A DNA stretch of 64,000 bases, from NCBI GenBank assembly GCA_964016885.1, contig OZ024743.1, forward strand, positions 91,078,001 to 91,142,000. Direction: 5' to 3'. The stretch comes from Eledone cirrhosa (taxonomy: Eukaryota). Shown piece by piece: positions 57,770 through 64,000 of this stretch. Under the pieces are notes generated by a model. That model was not told the origin of the DNA, ran no database searches, and worked only from the letters and a program-made list of their open reading frames with translations. The position numbers and the translations under genes were made by a program. Every line of letters begins with the position of its first letter. Position 1 is the first letter of the stretch.

Positions 57770-58625
57770 TCGTCGCCCACCTATTCCTGAGAGGGTTGTG
57801 GGGGCAGTCCTCAAACACTCCTTCCTGCGACACCTGTCGGAAGCAACCATCTCCAACTGATCTGGCTGGATCCCCAAGCAAGGCCAGCCAAGATCATGGA
57901 TGTTATCCAACCATCTGGCTCGGATTCTACTCCTGGTTCACCTGCCAGTTAATTTTGCCCGTAAAATCTGTCTAGCAATTCTTTCCTGAGACATTCTAAC
58001 TACATGCCCATAGTATTGGGGCTGTGATCTTTCAATATTGACAAGTGGTGGCTCTATCTCGAGTGACTATGATCTCTGAACTACACACACTATCAAGTAA
58101 TGTTACTCCAAAGAGGCTTTGGAGAAACCCCATTTTGGCTGTTTGTATTCGAGATCGTATTCTTTCAGTCATTACCCAAGATTTATGACCATAGTTAAGG
58201 GTTGCCACACATGAATAACGAATTAAAGATAGTGAGTTTGGCTTTTGCACCTACCTTCCATCTGATTGCTGAAGCTGGTGCAATCCTGCACCAGCTCCTG
58301 CAATTCTTGCACTTAATTCAGTCTCCTGTCTTCCATCACTCGTAAACATGGCACTGAGATACTTGAACTTCTCTACCTGCTTCAGTGGAACTCCGTTCAC
58401 ATGTAGAGTGCTCTATGCAGGCTTCCTTGAGAGGATGAGTGTCTCAGTCTTCACAGCACTGATCTTCGTTCCGGCCAAGCAGCCATCAGCATCAAACCTA
58501 TCAAGTGCAAGTTGAAGATCACCTTCTGTCGAGTTAAGTATCCCCATGTTGTCTGCAAATTCCAGCCGACTGATTTTTACTGATTGATACCATTTCCAAC
58601 CCGGCTGCACATGTCAATCCTGTTC
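57770..58625 (-). mobile_element. Degenerate LINE (RTE-like) RT 3' fragment
   Basis: RLEFADN..DLQLALDRF..KISAVKTE, VEKFKYL, LNYGHKSWVMTERIRSRIQ; related fragment at ~52040-52240. Confidence 0.75.
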
Positions 58626-58928
58626 AATTAAATAGTGGTTTCTGATTTAGGCACAAGGCCAACTATTTGGGGGAAGAGCGGAAAGTTGATTAAATCGACC
58701 CGAGTGCGTTACTGGTACTTTATTTTATCCACCCTGTAAGGATGAAAAGTAAAGCTAATCTTGGCGGGATTTGAACTCGGACTGTAACTCTATGACGTGA
58801 GAAGCATGGTGTCTGCTGCTCTACTGATACTGCCAAGCCACTGCCTTCCCTGTTCATGAAAATAATAAACAGGACAGGTGAGTCCAACTCCCAGATTGAA
58901 TGGTTTTGATTTAAATAATAATAATAAT

Positions 58929-59263
58929 GGCACATAGCTTAGTGGTTAGAGCATTGGCCTAGCAATCGAAAGGTTGCGAGTTCAATTCTCAGACCGGGTG
59001 ATGTGTTGTTTCCTTGAGCAAGACACTTTATTTCACATTGCTCCAGTTTACTCAGCTGTAGAAATGAGATGATAGGGACTGGGGTCCCTATCATTCCACT
59101 GCAAAGTGGTCGTGGAGGTGCCACGGCAAAGAAGCACCCAGCATTCACTGTAAATGAGGTTGGTGTTAGGAAGGGCACCCAGCTGTAGAAATCAAGCCAG
59201 AATCAGTTCCCGTCCCACCCTTGCAAGCAGGGAAAAAGCGGACGTAAAATGAAATGATAATGA
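58929..59263 (+). mobile_element. tRNA-derived CORE-like SINE with RTE-derived tail
   Basis: A box TAGCTTAGTGG, B box GAGTTCAATTC, CCTTGAGCAAGACACTT core, tail CCCGTCCCACCCTTGCAAGCAGGGAAAA..GTAAAATGA shared with the LINE end at 63772-63822. Confidence 0.85.
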
Positions 59264-59845
59264 TATGTTGGCTGCCAACTCGTTTTCGAGTACGGCCACT
59301 ACTTTATATCCATGTAGGAGAACCCCTACCGGTGCGCTAAACAACTGTGACTTTTTAGTCCAGCCAGCGACTTGAAAACTCTATTTACAAACACTACACC
59401 TGTGACAATTATTGACACATAGTGCTGGGCCCATGGCACCATGTGACGACAAGTGCAGAGAGATCTCCAGATATAAAGCAATGCCTGTGCCGTGGAGCTT
59501 TTATAGTGAGCAAAGGCAGTGCACAAAGCCAGTCCCACTCTCTTAACCAAGATGATATTTACCAAAAAGAAGAACAAGTCAACATCATTGGATACCATCA
59601 GGGTTGCAGGTGTTATATCAGAGTTTTCCTTCTCCTAGAATTCTGCCTTGACAAAGCCTAAGGGGTCATTCCTCCCGGTGATTTTGGATGGCCATTGACT
59701 CTTAAGAGCTCCTTTGCCCTTTGACAGGTTTTGTTTTTAGTCCTGCAGGATGTCCAAAGTCACCCTCCTCACCAAGAAACCTTGGTGGGGTTGCCAGTTT
59801 AGTCGCCAACGATATGACCATGAGACAGGTTGTACTGGGATACAT
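59263..59845 (-). mobile_element. Non-autonomous bipartite RTE derivative
   Basis: Homologous to 11880-12370; retains FKSLAGLKSH and the ACTCG-AAAA-CGAGT hairpin. Confidence 0.75.
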
Positions 59846-59889
59846 ATATATATATATATATACATACATACATATGAGTATATATATCA

Positions 59890-62122
59890 TCTGATCATCA
59901 TCATCATCTTCGTTTAACGTCCATATTCCACGCTCGCATGGGTTTGGACGGGAGTTTTCCCACTCGCATAGGACTGTCTGGCGGGTTTTCTACGGCTGGA
60001 TGCCCTTCCTAACACCAACCACATTTACAGTGTGGAACTGGGAGGTTTTTACCGTGTTACCTACACGGCCACATTACAGCGTGGACTGTGTGTTTTTTGT
60101 CGTGACACCTACACGACCTCATTTGTTTCGGGCTGGATGTTGTGGTACCAGCATAACTTTACATTGAAAGGGGTGGTGTGGATTGGGTGGGGGTAGTGGG
60201 ACGGGGGTGTATTTTGTTAGAGGTGCCTACTGACTGTAGTAGGTTTCACTTTGCACTTAGGTAAGGCGGGTCTTCTCTATTACTGTGTAGCGCCAAAGAT
60301 CTCGGTCCAGTGACATTGTCTTGGAGAGGGGTAAGTGTGTGAGGTCGGAATTTATCAAGTCGTTCCAGGTTTTTCTGGGTCTGCCTACTCCGTGGCTACC
60401 GTTTATTTTTATTGCCCTGCACTTTTTTATACAGCTGTCGTCTTTCATGCGCATCACGTGACCATACCAACGTAGTCTTCTCTCGAGTAAACATCTGATC
60501 CCTCTTATTTCTAATTTCTCCCTTAGTTCGTTTATGCTTTGCCGTTCACGTATATTACTATTACACATCCAGCGGAGCATGCAAGCTTCGTTTCTCTCCA
60601 GTCTGCGTATATCCTCTGCACACAATGCCCAGGTCTCACTGCCATGTAACATTGCTGTTCGTATGCAGGCATCATACAGCCTGCCTTTCATTTTTAGAGA
60701 GAACCCTTTAGCGGCCAATAGTGGTATAAGCTCTCTGAACTTTTTCTATCCAGTTCTGACTCTAGCTACTGTACTTTCAGAGCACCCTCCCCCACTGCTG
60801 ATTTTATCACCCAGGTAACGGAAGCTGTCCACTATTTCTATAGAACCATCTGTGCAATGGAATGAGTTAGTATTCTGTGGGCACTTGCTGCTACTTATTG
60901 CACCAGAGCACCGGCCACATATAAAATCTATATTCTTAGTTAGCTTACCTGTGATCCCACTACATCTTTTATGTACCCATACTTTGCATTTGGGACATAA
61001 AATGGAGTTTCTACCTACTCCTTTCCTACACACTGAGTATGCCATTTCCCAGATGGGACCGGTGCCCTATTTTCCTTCCTACAAACTAGAACGTTAGTCT
61101 TAGACAAGTTAACTTTAAGGCCTTTTGATTCTAGGCCATACTTCCATGTTTGGAATTTCTTCTCTAGTTCAGCCATTGATTCAGCTATGAGCGTTAGATC
61201 ATCTGCATATAGGAGTTCCCATGGGCAGCCGGTCTTGAACTCCTCTGTTATAGCCTGAAGGGCAATAATAAGTAGTAAGGTTCTAAGGACGGAGCCCTGA
61301 TGAACACCAACTTTTACGCTAAACTCTTCACTATATTCGTTGTTAATTCTAACCTTGCTGACTGTTTCTTTATACATGGCTTGTATAGCTCTCACAAGCC
61401 ATTCATCAACACCTAGTTTTCTAAGGGCCCACCAGATAATCGAGCGGGGTACTCTGTCAAAGGCTTTCTCCAAGTCAACAAAAGCTAAGTATAGGGGTTT
61501 ACTTTTAGCTAGGTACTTCTCCTGTAGTTGTCGTACAATGAAAAGAGCGTCTGTTGTACTTTTACCTGACACAAACCCGAACTGCATTTCGTCTAGATCA
61601 ATTTGCTCTCTGATTAGTTGCGCTATTACTTTTTCTGTGACCTTCATGACCTGGTCAATTAATTTAATGCCTCTATAGTTTCCCCTATCTAGGGCACCCT
61701 TGTAGCAGTTAATGATGATGCTGCTACGCCAGTTCTTCGGAACGACCCCATTCTGTATGACTTGGTTTACTATCCGGGTGACCATAGTGTGTTCCACCGT
61801 TCCAGAAGCTTTCAGCATTTTGGCAACTATTTCCGAAGGCCCGGCCGCCTTGCCCGTCTTCATGTCTTTGATCGCCTTACTTATTATACTACCTTCAACT
61901 TTCACTGCTGGTCCCTCTATTGGGTCGATGTGGGGTAGACTGTCTTTCTCCCAATTATTCTCCTCATTTAGTAGCCTTTCGTAGTGACACTTCCAAGCTA
62001 CCTTCTTATCAGCGTCAGTGGTGGCAAGTACACCATCATCATTTAGGACACACTTCTCCCCGACAATATCACTGTTTTCCTTGACACATTGCCTAGCAAT
62101 CCTGAACACCTCACGTTTTTGT
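59890..62122 (-). mobile_element. 5'-truncated RTE LINE with PHD-like finger inserted after the RT core; frameshifted
   Basis: NYRGIKL, QFGF, AFVDLEKAFDRVP, GVHQGS, YADD; C-x2-C..CPKC..H-x2-C..CGRC; RGxGRPRKTW-like end; (GAT)n tail. Confidence 0.9.
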
Positions 62123-62126
62123 ATGT

Positions 62127-62156
<30 letters not shown>

Positions 62157-62161
<5 letters not shown>

Positions 62162-63822
62162 GATTAGGGAAAGGAAAAATGGTAAGGCTGCCAGACTATC
62201 GGAAATAGTTGCTGAGATGCTGAAGGCATCAGGGGACGTAGGCACTAAACTGGTTGCATGCATCATCAATCAGGCTATATATGGTGGTGTCATACCCAAA
62301 GACTGGTGCAGCAGTATTCTCATAAATTGCTATAAAGGTAAAGGGGATGCTCTGGAGAGGAGCAATTATAGGGGTATAAAACTGATAGATCAGGTTATGA
62401 AAGTGGCAGAAAGGATTTTAGCACAACTAATTAGAGAAAGGGGCATACTAGATGAGATGCAGTTTGGTTTTGTGCCTGGGAAGAGTACAACAGATGCTCT
62501 CTTCTTGGTGAGACAATTGCAAGAGAGGTTCTTAGAGAAGAATAAGCCACTATACTTAGCCTTTGTTGACCTAGAGAAGGCCTTTGATAGGGTACCCCGA
62601 TCTGTCATCTGGTGGTCCCTAAGGAAGCTAGGTGTTGAGGAATGGCTTGTGAGTACAGTGCAAACTTTGTACAGAGGTACTCTCAGTAAAGTCAGGGTAG
62701 GAATGGAGTTTAGTGAGGAATTCCAGATACAAGTAGGAGTACATCAGGGTTCGGTCCTCAGCTCGCTCTTGTTCATTATAGTCCTCCAAGCCATAACAGA
62801 GGAATTTAAGACTGGCTGTCCATGGGAACTTCTCTATGCTGACGATCTGGTTCTTATAGCAGAATCAGTAGAGGAGCTAGAGAATAAATTCTGGCTATGG
62901 AAACAGCAGTTGGAAGCAAGAGGACTGAGAGTGAATCTAGCTAAGACAAAAGTGTTGATGAGTAGAGAAGAGGACAAAACCCTGATTCCGTCAGGGAAAT
63001 GGCCATGTTCGATATGCAGAAAAGGAACTGGCATAAATTCTATAAAATGCACACAATGCAGATCCTGGGTACACAAGAGATGTAGCGGGATAGCAGGCAA
63101 ACTAACAGGTAGGGAGAAATATGTATGCAGTAGATGTACAGGGAAATTAGACAGTAGAAGTCGCATTGATAGACACATTTTTCAGATGCAGGAGGGTGCT
63201 ATAGAAGTGGTGGATAGCTTCCGGTACCTAGATCAGATTAGCATGGGAGGAGGGTGTTCCGAGGCCATAGTATCTAGAATAAGGATGGGTTGGAAGAAGT
63301 TTAGGGAGCTGCTTCCTCTGTTGATGAAGAAGGGTTTCTTCCTGCGTACGAAAGGCCGGTTGTATGATGCCTGTGTGAGGAGTGCGATGCTGCATGGTAG
63401 TGAGACATGGGCAGCAACTGCAGAGGATATGCGACGGCTGGAGAGAAATGAGGCAAGCATGCTCCGTTGGATGTGCAGTGTAAATGTGCGTGAACGACCC
63501 AGCATAAATGTGTTGAGAGAGAAACTGTGTCTGAGAGGGATAGAATGTAGTGTACGATAGAGGAGACTGAGGTGGTATGGACATGTGATGCGCATGGAGG
63601 ATGACCGATGGGTGAAGAAGTGCCAGAAAATGCCAGTTGAAGGAAGACGTGGTAGAGGTAGACCACGAAAAACATGGGCGGAGGTGGTCAGTACAGACCT
63701 CAGATCATTGAAGCTCACGGTGGAGATGACGAAGGACCGTGACGAGTGGAGACATGCTGTGCTGAATAAGACCCGTCCCACCCTTGCAAGCAGGGAAAAG
63801 TGGATGTAAAATGATGATGATG
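62157..63822 (+). mobile_element. 5'-truncated RTE LINE with PHD-like finger (second subfamily)
   Basis: 467-aa ORF with RT motifs (YADD) and WPCSICRKG..CTQCRSWVHKRC..CSRC; in-frame stop at 63560; GRGRPRKTW; (GAT)n tail. Confidence 0.92.
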
Positions 63823-63912
63823 ATACATATGAGTATATATATATATATATATACATACATATGAGTATATATATATACATACATATGAGTATATATATAT
63901 ATATATACATAC

Positions 63913-64000
63913 ATCATCATCATCATCATCAACGTTTAACGTCCGTGTTCCACGCTTGCATGGGTTTGGACGGGGGTATTCCCACTTGAGGCAAGAGTGA
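63913..64000 (-). mobile_element. 3' end of another RTE LINE/SINE copy, cut by the window edge
   Basis: Matches 59895-59965; (CAT)n tail. Confidence 0.7.

Noticed and set aside
58929-59000. tRNA gene
   Set aside because: tRNA-like head runs into a SINE core and LINE tail, the acceptor stem is not intact, and a second dispersed copy exists

Overview
AT-rich, microsatellite-saturated animal genomic DNA. The repeat content ((TA)n/(TATG)n/(CA)n tracts, Nin-domain SINEs, RTE and Penelope elements) suggests an octopus or other coleoid cephalopod (inference). Almost the whole window is transposon-derived: a near full-length Tx1/L1-type LINE (minus, ~0.15-5.8 kb), a near full-length RTE LINE with three C2H2 fingers (14.4-18.65 kb) plus short bipartite derivatives of it, several Penelope-like elements (PLEs; RT and GIY-YIG remnants), a head-to-tail Helitron cluster, a hAT-type non-autonomous element, an R4-like RLE fragment, two head-to-head PHD-containing RTE LINEs and two tRNA-derived SINE families. 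The only likely host gene is a first coding exon at 55066-55321 (possibly DLGAP5/HURP-like) behind a CCAAT/CHR-type promoter. The most striking hidden signal is about 20 intact or decayed type-I hammerhead ribozyme motifs from roughly ten sequence families. They sit in short ORF-less inverted or tandem repeats next to (TA)n tracts, and include U3-A8 core covariants, palindromic stem III, very long stem II inserts and a ~320-bp retrozyme-like tandem unit. All alignments and RNA folds were done by eye; element boundaries are approximate.
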